DNA of 45,175 nucleotides from Clostridia bacterium (GTDB taxonomy: Bacteria > Bacillota > Clostridia > Christensenellales > UBA1242), in the NCBI GenBank assembly GCA_017537515.1, contig JAFYKO010000082.1, positions 1 to 45,175 on the forward strand. The letters are read 5' to 3'. The position numbers and the translations under genes are program-made. The notes below the pieces were generated by a model. That model was not told the origin of the DNA. It made no database searches and worked only from the letters and a program-made list of their open reading frames with translations. Each line of letters begins with the position of its first letter. Position 1 is the stretch's first letter. Positions 15,592 through 24,710 of this stretch are shown here, piece by piece.

Positions 15592-16050
15592 ATGAAAAAA
15601 TTGATTTGTCTTGGGTTTGTTATGCTATTAGTCACCCTTTCCACTTTCAACAATAGTTTTGGGATGTACATATTTTCTTTATCAACCGACCTTGGAGTTT
15701 ACTTCTATCTTGACGAGGCACCCGCTAGCTACATTGGAGAATGTATCAAGAATGGAGAGGGGTATATTTTGAAAACAACTGCAGATTTTGCAAAAGAAAA
15801 CTTTTCAAATTTAAGCGGATGTTATGGCTTCTCAGTGGAGGTTGATAAAAACAAAACCACAACCAAAAATCTTCTTGACAAAATCACCATAACCAAAACC
15901 GAAAAAATTGACAACTTGCAAATTTTTTATGGAGTCGCAAGTGGACTACCCTTCTCAACAATTATTGAAAACAAAAAGGTCAATATCCAAATTGCAATAT
16001 CCGAATCAAAAATAATTCTTGGCTCTCCAATAATTTTGGGAAGTTATTAA
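15592..16050 (+). CDS. Small secreted protein of unknown function (possibly YwmB/DUF1779-like)
   Basis: Signal peptide MKKLICLGFVMLLVTLSTFNNSFG. The C-terminal ...KIILGSPIILGSY resembles, from memory only, the YwmB-family C-terminus. No obvious SD. Confidence 0.55.
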   Translation: MKKLICLGFVMLLVTLSTFNNSFGMYIFSLSTDLGVYFYLDEAPASYIGECIKNGEGYILKTTADFAKENFSNLSGCYGFSVEVDKNKTTTKNLLDKITITKTEKIDNLQIFYGVASGLPFSTIIENKKVNIQIAISESKIILGSPIILGSY

Positions 16051-16155
16051 AAACTTTTTTTTATTTTAAATAATTAATTAAAAATAGCTCAAAAATCTTA
16101 TTTTTTATTAAAATATAATTATTTTTATTAATCTTTTTTAAATATTTTTTGTTTT

Positions 16156-16758
16156 TTATAAATTTTCTATTTTCCAAATACTTTCAAAATTTGAGTCCGC
16201 TGGAAGGGTTTCGAAAGTTATTATTATTAAATAAATATTATTTGAAGAAAGTTTTGCATCCTCGGTTGGAGTGCTTATTTTTTTAATAAACTGCACAGTG
16301 AGATTTGGCGTCAATGTGTCGTTGTAGTAATAATACCCGTCGTTTTTCTTCGCCCACTCTGTAGTGGTTTCCAAAGGAATTGAAACAAGATTGTTGTATT
16401 CGTCATACAAAAATGCTTTCGCTCGAAGCTTTGCATCACGTTCTGTGGGTTTAAGGCTTACGCTTGCAAGTTGATTTACACCAAAATTTGGAAGAAGCGA
16501 ACCATAAAAATACAAGGTTTGAGAAATTGAGCCATTGTCCGTTATGGTGAGTTGCATATCTGTTCCAAGTGGTTTGAGGCCCGTATGTTCGGGGGCGTTT
16601 GGAACAAGGGGATTTTTCAAGAACAAACCTATTGACGCCAAAAACAACACCGAAAGGAGAACCACAAAAAAGATATACCAACCCTCTTTTTGTTTGGAAA
16701 TTCCCCCATTGTTTGCCACCTCAGGTTTTTCAAGTTCCTGTTTTTCGACCTTTCTCAT
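16156..16758 (-). CDS. Type-II membrane-anchored beta-rich protein, unknown function
   Basis: ATG at 16756-16758 gives MRKVEKQELEKPE..., followed by TM WYIFFVVLLSVLFLASIGLFL and an extracytoplasmic beta-rich domain. The track ORF (to 17016) overlaps the upstream gene by about 150 nt and that extension has a Lys/Arg-rich, non-coding look. Confidence 0.5.
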   Translation of the reverse strand: MRKVEKQELEKPEVANNGGISKQKEGWYIFFVVLLSVLFLASIGLFLKNPLVPNAPEHTGLKPLGTDMQLTITDNGSISQTLYFYGSLLPNFGVNQLASVSLKPTERDAKLRAKAFLYDEYNNLVSIPLETTTEWAKKNDGYYYYNDTLTPNLTVQFIKKISTPTEDAKLSSNNIYLIIITFETLPADSNFESIWKIENL

Positions 16759-16861
16759 ATATTTATTATTTGAATCTTGAAGTTTTTTATACAAATGTCT
16801 ATACTGGGCCAATCGATTTTTGTTATAACGACAAAAAAACAAGCATCTCTGCTTGCTTGAT

Positions 16862-18178
16862 TTAAAATATTGTGTTTTTGGGTTTGATTTTATCTTGATT
16901 AAATTCGTGCAGTTTTTCTTCGGTGAAATTGATACTCTCCGCTTCAAGTTCCCATTTCTTCTTAAGCCATTTATACTTTTTATTGCCGATGACATTGTCG
17001 TAGACAAGCACCACAAGTCCTTGTAGGATGTAGATATAGTATGTCATAAATCTCCACAATAGGAGAGCCCACGTGAGCATAACATTATTTGAGAACACCA
17101 TCGCAAAAAGAGCTGTAAATGAAAGTTCATTGACGCCCGTTCCGCCTGGAAGTGGCACGAAGCTTGCAGCCATATCAATAAGCATTGAAAGAAGAAGGAG
17201 CGTGAAATACATCGAAAAATCGAAATAACCAATCAGGCAACTGTACACAAAGAATGGAAGAGAATAATGCATTATCCACACAATCATAGTGATTGCTATT
17301 TGCCCGAGGAATGACCAAATTCTTCTTGCATAGTTTTTGATTGTAACTTGAAAGTCTGTTACTATCTTAATAACTTGGTTGTATCGTTTTTCATAGTCTT
17401 TTATGATTTTTATCTTTTGCAAGAATTTTAATGCCCAGACAACCAATTTTTTTCCAAGTCGTTGGTTGACAGAAAGCAAAAGCACGCCTACCATTATCAT
17501 TGCATTTGCCGCCCAGCCGATAATACTAAGCGGACGGATATAATTGAAGTTTGGGCCAAGGTCAACAAAGAAACTAGCAAAAATCGCAATTGTCCAAAGC
17601 GAAGACATACAAATTGTTTGCACAACGTATTTCCCCATTGGCACCGAGATTGCGGAAGAGGCGTTAAGCCCACGTTTTGTCATATAGAAGATTTGGAATG
17701 GTTGCCCACCGCTTGCCATTGGTGTGATTGAGTCATAATATCTGCCATAAGCGTGTGTTTTGTAAGCTAAAAAAGGCCTCGAGCGTCCTGTCGATTGTCT
17801 GATGAGGATATTCATTCTTAGGGATTCTAGTATTTGCATTGCACACCATACGTACAACATTATAAGCAGGACTTCAAACGAAAAAGTGGAGTTGAGAAGT
17901 GTCGAAATTGACATATCCTCTGATTGCCCAATCTGAATGCCGAGTATCACGCCGATAACAACAAGGTTAAGAAGAAAGAAAATGAGATTTACATATTTGT
18001 TTTTCTTTGTTTTTTGTTTTGCAACGGTTTGGGCCGCTTGGTCAATATCTTTTCGAAAGTGTTTTTTGATTGTTGAAAGAAAAAGCTTAGTGCCTTGTTT
18101 TGTATTTTCGACACTATGTGGCTTTAATAATTTTATTTTTTTATAAATCTTAAACTTTCTATTCTTTTTCATCAACAA
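16862..18178 (-). CDS. Polytopic membrane protein, flippase-like / lysyl-phosphatidylglycerol-synthase TM-domain (UPF0104) family
   Basis: About 8 predicted TM helices and an ASGGQPFQIFYM motif typical of the family. TTG at 18178 or ATG at 18172. Confidence 0.65.
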   Translation of the reverse strand: MLMKKNRKFKIYKKIKLLKPHSVENTKQGTKLFLSTIKKHFRKDIDQAAQTVAKQKTKKNKYVNLIFFLLNLVVIGVILGIQIGQSEDMSISTLLNSTFSFEVLLIMLYVWCAMQILESLRMNILIRQSTGRSRPFLAYKTHAYGRYYDSITPMASGGQPFQIFYMTKRGLNASSAISVPMGKYVVQTICMSSLWTIAIFASFFVDLGPNFNYIRPLSIIGWAANAMIMVGVLLLSVNQRLGKKLVVWALKFLQKIKIIKDYEKRYNQVIKIVTDFQVTIKNYARRIWSFLGQIAITMIVWIMHYSLPFFVYSCLIGYFDFSMYFTLLLLSMLIDMAASFVPLPGGTGVNELSFTALFAMVFSNNVMLTWALLLWRFMTYYIYILQGLVVLVYDNVIGNKKYKWLKKKWELEAESINFTEEKLHEFNQDKIKPKNTIF

Positions 18179-18206
18179 TATTTTCTTATCTTTTTAGTTT
18201 TTATTT

Positions 18207-18236
18207 GAAAAATTTGACGCCGTTCTTAGCGTCAAA
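18207..18236 (-). terminator. Intrinsic terminator after the PrsA-like gene
   Basis: Minus strand: TTTGACGC - 8 nt - GCGTCAAA followed by TTTTTC. Confidence 0.5.
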
Positions 18237-18292
18237 AGTTTCTTATTTTAGTCTTACCCAAAACTTGCAAAAATTGCAGTAATAGGGATTTT

Positions 18293-20038
18293 TTAGTACA
18301 ACGCTGAAATGTTTTTTGGATAAGTTGTAATTTTTGCATCATCTTTTAGTGCGTTGAGATTTAGGGTTTGAAGATATGCAATATCATCGCTTACAAGTTT
18401 TTCATACACAAGGTCAAAGATTGTTTTTGTGTTGAACTCGGTGAGTTTGAATGTTTGAATTCTTTCAATATTTGCTTCAAGAGTTTCGCCGGTTGCGTTT
18501 GTGAGTGAAAATGACTCAAAGTTGTTTTCATTTATTTCAAATACATTTTCAACAGCACCTGCATAAAACAAGATGTGAATCCCGTATTCACTTTCAACAT
18601 CGCTGTGTGGGAGGCTGAGATACTCGTCATAATTCCACAAGATGTCACCAAAGTTTCCGTTGCCTTCGTCATAAAGTTCTCTTGCAACGTTTGTGAAGCT
18701 TTTTACCATTTTGCGGTCTTCAGTGCCTACGATATATTCATATTCTGCGTTTTTGTTTCCGTCATCTTCGTTGTAATCAAACATATAGTCTCGGAAGATT
18801 TCCATTTTTTGTTCTGCGGATTTGCCTTCAATGTCGTTTTGGATTCTGTCATAAAGTTCGCTGACTGTCATTGAAGTTGCTTCACCATTGAGTTTAACTT
18901 TTGTTGCGTCAATAATTTTTCTGCGTTCTGCGTTAATAACATTTGGGTCTTCGCCGGCTTTGAGTGCGTTGTCAAGGTCGGTGAGTGCTTCTTTTTGTGC
19001 ATCGGTGAATTTAACCAAAATATGGCTTACGTAAAAATATTCGCCGAGGTCAAATTTGTCTTCATCAAGAACATAATTCATACTTGCACGATTTGAAAGA
19101 ATGTCAGACTTGAATGTGCTTGTGTCGATGCTGTATTTGGTGTAAGAGTGTTTCATACTTTCTTGAAGATAATAGAACACATCATTGACACTTATGCTTG
19201 ATTTGCCAATTTCGCCTTGAAGATATTCACTGTAAAGTTCAAGATAGGCATTGTCTTTCATAATATTGTAGACACGTTTGATTTCGTTTTCCCAAACTTT
19301 CACATCTTTTGTGCTTTTGCCCTTAGATTTTGCATAGTCTTTAAGGTCGTTCATATAACGTTTTTGTGCTTCTTTCAAAACTGTGCTTGAATCCACTTTG
19401 TCTGCGTATGCAGATTTGATTGAAGTTATTGTTGCACTTTCGTCATCCACATAAGTGTGGTTGATTGTTGGATTTTCTTCTTTGTCAAGAACGTGGATAT
19501 ACCATTCGCCATCTTGACCTTGAATTATTTCAGCTTGTTTTTCATATTCTTCAAAAGTTTTCGCAGTTGACTCTTCTTCTGTTATTTCACTTGGAGTTGT
19601 GAGGTCCCAATCTTTTATAACTGCGGATTCATAATCAGCCAAGATTTGAAGAAGGCTGTCGTAAGTGTTTTCCCAAACTTTGTTGTAGTATTCGTCCTTT
19701 TCTGCATTGGTGGTCAAGATTTCGCCATTTGCAATAAGTCTTGAAGTCTCATTGATTGTGATTTCTTGGTTGATGAGGTGGTCAACAAGATAGTTTACTG
19801 CTGATTTGCCGGTTTTCCCACTGTTTGAAAGGGTTTCCCCATATCGGTTTTGTGCTTGGATAAGCTCTTCTCTTGTGATTGTAACGGTGTGTTTCTTTCC
19901 GTTGTCGAGGGTGTACTGTATCTGTGCGATTGGTGCAGAAAGATATTTTGCATTGTTGAGTGCAAACAAATCGCAACCTGCAAAAGCAAATGCAACACAG
20001 AAAATCATTGAAAGTACGATTGCAAATTTCTTCTTCAT
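18293..20038 (-). CDS. Extended PrsA/PpiC-type (parvulin) foldase lipoprotein
   Basis: Lipobox AFAGC. Parvulin landmarks SHILVKF ... YGIHILFY. Sits downstream of mfd as in many Clostridia. SD is AGGAG. Confidence 0.65.
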   Translation of the reverse strand: MKKKFAIVLSMIFCVAFAFAGCDLFALNNAKYLSAPIAQIQYTLDNGKKHTVTITREELIQAQNRYGETLSNSGKTGKSAVNYLVDHLINQEITINETSRLIANGEILTTNAEKDEYYNKVWENTYDSLLQILADYESAVIKDWDLTTPSEITEEESTAKTFEEYEKQAEIIQGQDGEWYIHVLDKEENPTINHTYVDDESATITSIKSAYADKVDSSTVLKEAQKRYMNDLKDYAKSKGKSTKDVKVWENEIKRVYNIMKDNAYLELYSEYLQGEIGKSSISVNDVFYYLQESMKHSYTKYSIDTSTFKSDILSNRASMNYVLDEDKFDLGEYFYVSHILVKFTDAQKEALTDLDNALKAGEDPNVINAERRKIIDATKVKLNGEATSMTVSELYDRIQNDIEGKSAEQKMEIFRDYMFDYNEDDGNKNAEYEYIVGTEDRKMVKSFTNVARELYDEGNGNFGDILWNYDEYLSLPHSDVESEYGIHILFYAGAVENVFEINENNFESFSLTNATGETLEANIERIQTFKLTEFNTKTIFDLVYEKLVSDDIAYLQTLNLNALKDDAKITTYPKNISALY

Positions 20039-20088
20039 TGTTTCTCCTAAATTTGTTTTTTGTGCCCTTTTGAGCGTTTGATAGGTTA

Positions 20089-20117
20089 ATTATATACGAA
20101 TATATCAAAAAAATCAA
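20089..20117 (-). promoter_or_regulatory. Consensus sigma-A promoter of the PrsA-like gene (TTGATT - 17 - TATAAT)
   Basis: Minus strand: TTGATT (20112-20117), 17-nt spacer, TATAAT (20089-20094). Confidence 0.5.
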
Positions 20118-20191
20118 CTATTTTTGCACAATTCATTTTTAGTGCTTTGATTATTTTTGTCTTGCGGGTTTTTTTGTGGTGTTCAGGCTTC

Positions 20192-20247
20192 GGGGCGGGC
20201 TCGCCCGCAGTGCGTCTCCGACGCACCGCTCGGGCGACCTCCGCCCC
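20192..20247. repeat. GC-rich three-tier palindromic element A (56 nt, 46/56 G+C)
   Basis: Pairings: GGGGCGG/CCGCCCC, TCGCCCG/CGGGCGA, GTGCGTC-tcc-GACGCAC, giving 21 bp with two small internal loops. Begins 6 nt after the mfd stop. Confidence 0.7.
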
Positions 20248-20253
20248 TCCCCC

Positions 20254-23200
20254 TCACTCCCAAACTTTTTCATTTAAAAGCATATTGAGTTTTTCTTCAT
20301 TCGAACCATCATTCTCAATAATTTTTTCCAATTTGTCATAAAAATATATCACAAATTGTTTATTGTTTATGACAATTCTTCTCGCATTCTTCTTTTGTGC
20401 GATGTGTTTTACAAGCCCAAGCGTAAGAAGGTTTTCAACTTCTTTTGGTGGCTTTCCATAAAGCCCGATAAGGTTGTTTCTTATGCTTTCAATAGAAAAC
20501 TGCGAGGTTATATCACTCACTTCGGTGATAAGTTTTATTCTGTCTTCCTCTATTCCTATATAACTTTCTGGCACAAAAGCATCAACTGCAATATCCAGCT
20601 TGACTTCTCTTGCATTTTCTGACTTTTCGCCTTTGACCTCTTTCACGGCAAGGTGCAAGAGTTTGTAATACAAATCATAACCGACTTTAAGCATATTTCC
20701 GTGCTGTTGTTTTCCAAGAACATTACCCGCACCACGAATATCAAGGTCGGCAAGGGCGATTTTGTACCCACTTCCAAGTGCAGTGTTTTCCATAAGTGCA
20801 GAGAGTCTGTTGTAGGCATCGTTTGTAAGTTGCTTATCGCCCGAAAAGGTAAGATAAGCATATGCAGTCCTATTTGAACGCCCTATTCTCCCCCTTATTT
20901 GATAAAGTTGCGAAAGTCCCAGTTTGTCAGCGTCAATAACAATAAGCGTGTTGGCTGTTGGGAGGTTAATGCCATTCTCAATCAAAGTTGTTGAAACCAA
21001 AATATCGTATTCGTGTGCATAAAGCTTTAAAATGCTATCCTCAAGGAGTTTTTGACTGAGTCTGCCATGAGTTACGCCAATTCTTGCGTTAGGAATAAGG
21101 CTTTTGACGTACGTTGCAAAGTCGTAAATGGTGTCTATACGGTTGTAAATAATCAAAATTTGCCCGTTTCTTGCTAGTTCTTGTTTGCTTGCCTCAACAA
21201 GAATCTCTTCACTGAATGGAGTTACAAACGTTTGAACCGGCTGTCTTTCTTTTGGTGGAGTGTCAATAATAGAAATATCTCGAATTCCCGAAAGCGACAT
21301 ATGAAGAGTGCGAGGAATTGGTGTTGCTGAAAGCGAAAGAACGTCAATATCGCATTTCAAGTTTTTGATTTTTTCCTTGTCCTCAACGCCAAACCTCTGC
21401 TCCTCATCAAGAACCAAAAGGCCCAAATCTTTGAACTTAACCTTATCGCTTAGAAGTTTATGAGTTCCGCAAACAAGGTTGATTTCCCCATTTTCAAGGC
21501 CGGAAAGAACATCTTTTTCCTCTGTCCCTTTCATAAGTCTGTTGAATCTTGCAATCTTAACCATAAACCCACTGAATCTGTTTTTGCAAGTCTGGAAATG
21601 TTGCTCTGCCAGAATGGTTGTAGGGCATAAAAACGCAACTTGTTTTCCGCTTAAAATTGCTTTGTATATGGCCCGAATTGCCACTTCGGTTTTTCCAAAC
21701 CCGACATCTCCGCAGACAAGTCTATCCATAATTCTTGTGCTTTCCATATCGGCTTTTATGTCGGCGATAGCCCTTGCTTGGTCGGGTGTTTCGTCATAAG
21801 GAAATGCCTCTTCAAACTGTTCCATCAAATAGTCGTCTTTGTTGTAAACAAACCCTTTTGACTGTTCTCTTTTTGCATAAAGTTTGACAAGGTCAAATGC
21901 AAGTTCTTTTACATTCTTATAAACCTTTTCCTTAACCCTTGCAAACTCCACGCCTCCAAGTTTGTTTAGTTTTGGTGCAGTTTCGCTTGTGTGATAGGAA
22001 GATAGCATATCCGCTTGGTCGCTTGGTAAATAAAATCTATCCCCGCCCGCATATTCGAGAATGAAATAATCTTTCAATGCACCGTTAAGGCTGAGTTTTT
22101 CAAGCCCAACGCATTTGCCAACACCGTGAGTTTCGTGGACAACATACTCCCCAATTTTTGGAACAAACAAGGCATTCTTGGATTTCGTAAGTGTGTTTTT
22201 TTCTTTCTTGAAAACGTCGTAAGTTCCAATAAGCACAGCATTTGAGTCAAGAAGATTTGCAGAATATGGAAGGAAGTCTGTTTCCAAATGTATTTTTGTT
22301 TTTTGCTTTGTGCTTAAAAATTGCTCTGAAAAGAACCGCTCCAAGATTTCTTTGTTTTTCTCGTTTTTGCAAAATATAAAAACTTCTTTTCCGCAGTCTG
22401 TGTGGTATTTTATGTCATTAAGCATTTCTTTGAAATCATAGACATAATTTTTTGATTGAAGAATACTAAAATTCAAAAAGTCTTCAACATCAAAAAAGGT
22501 TTTCCCAACAATGCTTGAAAATGCGGTTATCCCAGCATTTGTCTTCAATACATTTTCAAATTCTTTTATGCTAGAAATATCTGCATAATTTTTGGCGATG
22601 TCATAAATTTGTTTTGGTTCGTCAAAAAATACTTTGTCAGCCAAATCCAAGATATTGAAAAACCTTTTAGAATCAGTATTTTTGACATTTTCGGGTGTGA
22701 ATTTTAGGTCAAATACATTTATTTTTTCAACATTTTTAATAAACCTTTTTTCAAGTGCAGAAATTTCTGAAATTTTTTCAAGTAGGGTATCAAAAAATTC
22801 AAGTTTGAAAATATTTTCCCCGCCGATAGGAAAAATTTGAAGCGTGTCGCCCTTGATTGTGTATTGCCCTTTTGAGGCAACAAATTCTGTGCGGGTGTAT
22901 CCCATTTCAGTCAATTTCTTAGATAAATTTGCAAGGTCATAATCTTTGTCTTTTTCACAAGTAAGTGAACCTTGAAGGATTGTTTTGAGGCTTGGAGTTT
23001 TTTGGAAGAGTGCATCCGGGGATGCAAAGATAATATCAATCTCACCAAGCAAAAATTTGTTGACGGCCTCCACAAAATCAGCTTTAAGGTTGTTATCTAC
23101 AAGGCCAAGTGCGTTTTCAAATGCTGTTGTAATAAACCTCGACTTCAAACCCATTGCCGAAGTCATTTGTGCAATCTTGGTGCTTGAAGCTAGGTCCCTT

Positions 23201-23349
23201 GAAACAAAAACTCCCGCCTTTCCGCAAAGTGCAAGAAAAAGACCTTTGAGTTCTGTATTTAACCCAAAGACCATTTGGTTTGTTTTGTTTTCTATGTTTT
23301 TTTGAAACTGCTCAAGTTTCTTATTTCCAATTAATTCAATCAAATTCAT
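20254..23349 (-). CDS. mfd: Transcription-repair coupling factor Mfd
   Basis: RNAP-interacting domain (GEYVVHETHGVGK), helicase motifs GDVGFGKTEVA, DEEQRFGV, SATPIPRT, QIRGRIGRS, and a TRG-type motif. Confidence 0.95.
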   Translation of the reverse strand: MNLIELIGNKKLEQFQKNIENKTNQMVFGLNTELKGLFLALCGKAGVFVSRDLASSTKIAQMTSAMGLKSRFITTAFENALGLVDNNLKADFVEAVNKFLLGEIDIIFASPDALFQKTPSLKTILQGSLTCEKDKDYDLANLSKKLTEMGYTRTEFVASKGQYTIKGDTLQIFPIGGENIFKLEFFDTLLEKISEISALEKRFIKNVEKINVFDLKFTPENVKNTDSKRFFNILDLADKVFFDEPKQIYDIAKNYADISSIKEFENVLKTNAGITAFSSIVGKTFFDVEDFLNFSILQSKNYVYDFKEMLNDIKYHTDCGKEVFIFCKNEKNKEILERFFSEQFLSTKQKTKIHLETDFLPYSANLLDSNAVLIGTYDVFKKEKNTLTKSKNALFVPKIGEYVVHETHGVGKCVGLEKLSLNGALKDYFILEYAGGDRFYLPSDQADMLSSYHTSETAPKLNKLGGVEFARVKEKVYKNVKELAFDLVKLYAKREQSKGFVYNKDDYLMEQFEEAFPYDETPDQARAIADIKADMESTRIMDRLVCGDVGFGKTEVAIRAIYKAILSGKQVAFLCPTTILAEQHFQTCKNRFSGFMVKIARFNRLMKGTEEKDVLSGLENGEINLVCGTHKLLSDKVKFKDLGLLVLDEEQRFGVEDKEKIKNLKCDIDVLSLSATPIPRTLHMSLSGIRDISIIDTPPKERQPVQTFVTPFSEEILVEASKQELARNGQILIIYNRIDTIYDFATYVKSLIPNARIGVTHGRLSQKLLEDSILKLYAHEYDILVSTTLIENGINLPTANTLIVIDADKLGLSQLYQIRGRIGRSNRTAYAYLTFSGDKQLTNDAYNRLSALMENTALGSGYKIALADLDIRGAGNVLGKQQHGNMLKVGYDLYYKLLHLAVKEVKGEKSENAREVKLDIAVDAFVPESYIGIEEDRIKLITEVSDITSQFSIESIRNNLIGLYGKPPKEVENLLTLGLVKHIAQKKNARRIVINNKQFVIYFYDKLEKIIENDGSNEEKLNMLLNEKVWE

Positions 23350-23364
23350 TTCAGTTTTATTAAA

Positions 23365-23892
23365 TCACATTTCCTCTAATTTGTCAAGAAGGAACTCCAC
23401 GACTTCGTCAATTACCTTCTCCAAAACCTCGGCATTTTCCCCTTTTATTTTGGAAAGCACATAATCTGCAAGGTCTTGTCCATTTTCGGGCCTGCCGATA
23501 CCAATTCTAAGGCGTGGAAAATCCGAACCAATATTTTGGACTATGTTTCTCATACCATTATGCGTGCCACCGCTTCCGCCTGTCTTGAAACGATACGTCC
23601 CAATAGGAAGGTCTATATCATCGACAACAACCAAAATATCATTGTTTTTGAGTTTGAATTTGTTTTTAAAACTCTGTGCAGAAGACCCGCTGAGGTTCAT
23701 ATAGGTTTTAGGTTTTGCGACGAGTATTTTTGTATCATTCAAATAAAACTCCCCGACACTTGCGTGGCAATAGGTTTTTGAAAACTTAAACTCGCACTTC
23801 TCTGCAAGTTTATCCATAACCATAAAGCCAATGTTGTGGTATGTGTTGTCATATCTTTTTTCTGGGTTTCCAAGTCCGATTAATAACTTCAT
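23365..23892 (-). CDS. pth: Peptidyl-tRNA hydrolase
   Basis: MKLLIGLGNPEKRYDNTYHNIGF ... GGSGGTHNGMRNI, full-length Pth signature. Confidence 0.95.
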   Translation of the reverse strand: MKLLIGLGNPEKRYDNTYHNIGFMVMDKLAEKCEFKFSKTYCHASVGEFYLNDTKILVAKPKTYMNLSGSSAQSFKNKFKLKNNDILVVVDDIDLPIGTYRFKTGGSGGTHNGMRNIVQNIGSDFPRLRIGIGRPENGQDLADYVLSKIKGENAEVLEKVIDEVVEFLLDKLEEM

Positions 23893-23905
23893 ATTTTCAC
23901 CTATT

Positions 23906-24682
23906 TTAAGTAATGTTTTTTCCGTTTAGTATTTTATCTCTTTCAATCTTTGCGTTTTGAAGAAAGCTGTTTTGAATTGTGCAACTTTCTTTTATGATTG
24001 AGTTTTCAATTCTGTTTCCGCTGTAAAGTCTTGTGCCTCTTCCGATAAAGGTTTTGCCTCCAATAGAGTTGTTTTCGTAAATCTCAACTCCGCCTTCGAT
24101 TATGCAATCGACGCCAATAAACACCGTTTGAGTGTCGTGAAATAATACACCATTTTGCATATGAAAGTCAAGTATGCGTTTTTTCATTGTCTGGCAGACA
24201 GTTGCAAATGTGGCTGGATTTTCGACGATAAAGAAGTCGTCCTCTCCAAACTCATTCGTGATTGCACCTTGAATCATACTTTCTTGACGTAAGTATTCTG
24301 TATTAAAAACATATCCACGCCTTAGCTTCATTGCATTGATGCCCTTTGCTTTTGCGTAAGCCAGAATTTCATTTACGGTTGTCTTTTTAATAAGTGGCGT
24401 GTCGCTGTAAAGCACAAGGGTGTAGGGTTTGTTGTTCAGCATTGGTTTGACAATGCCAATAACATCTGATTCTGGTGTGCAAAAAGTGGTTTTTATTTCA
24501 TAATCCGAAGAAGCAAGTTCGACATACTTCCACATTTTCTTACCACAAATTTCGAGGTCAAACGGCCTTGCATTGCCCCTAAAAGCGGGGTTTTTGTTGA
24601 GCAAAATTATGACAAGAACATCTTCATCTGTGTATTTTGCCTTTTCAACCTCTGTTATGGTTTCCTCTAAAAAAACTGCCAT
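23906..24682 (-). CDS. Truncated, degenerate GlmU-like protein (nucleotidyltransferase fold plus a few left-handed beta-helix turns)
   Basis: Aligns by eye with GlmU: ICGKKMWKYV ~ VCGKPMVEHV, YSDTPLI ~ CGDTPLL, HMQNGVLFHD ~ HMQNGVTLID. However LxxGxGTRM is replaced by LLNKNPAFRGNA, and the acetyltransferase half is missing (258 aa vs approx 450). Confidence 0.6.
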   Translation of the reverse strand: MAVFLEETITEVEKAKYTDEDVLVIILLNKNPAFRGNARPFDLEICGKKMWKYVELASSDYEIKTTFCTPESDVIGIVKPMLNNKPYTLVLYSDTPLIKKTTVNEILAYAKAKGINAMKLRRGYVFNTEYLRQESMIQGAITNEFGEDDFFIVENPATFATVCQTMKKRILDFHMQNGVLFHDTQTVFIGVDCIIEGGVEIYENNSIGGKTFIGRGTRLYSGNRIENSIIKESCTIQNSFLQNAKIERDKILNGKNIT

Positions 24683-24710
24683 AAATTCACCACCTTTTTT
24701 TAAATGTAAA

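Noticed and set aside
16759-17016. N-terminal 86-aa extension of the track ORF 16156-17016
   Set aside because: It overlaps the 3' end of the upstream flippase-like gene by about 150 nt and is Lys/Arg/Asn-rich with no hydrophobic pattern. The internal ATG at 16758 gives a sensible cytoplasmic-tail plus TM topology.
20147-20341. 64-aa plus-strand ORF (GFGAGSPAVRLRRTARATSAPPPHS...)
   Set aside because: It exists only because the GC-rich palindrome A removes stop codons. It overlaps the mfd 3' end antisense and has no RBS.
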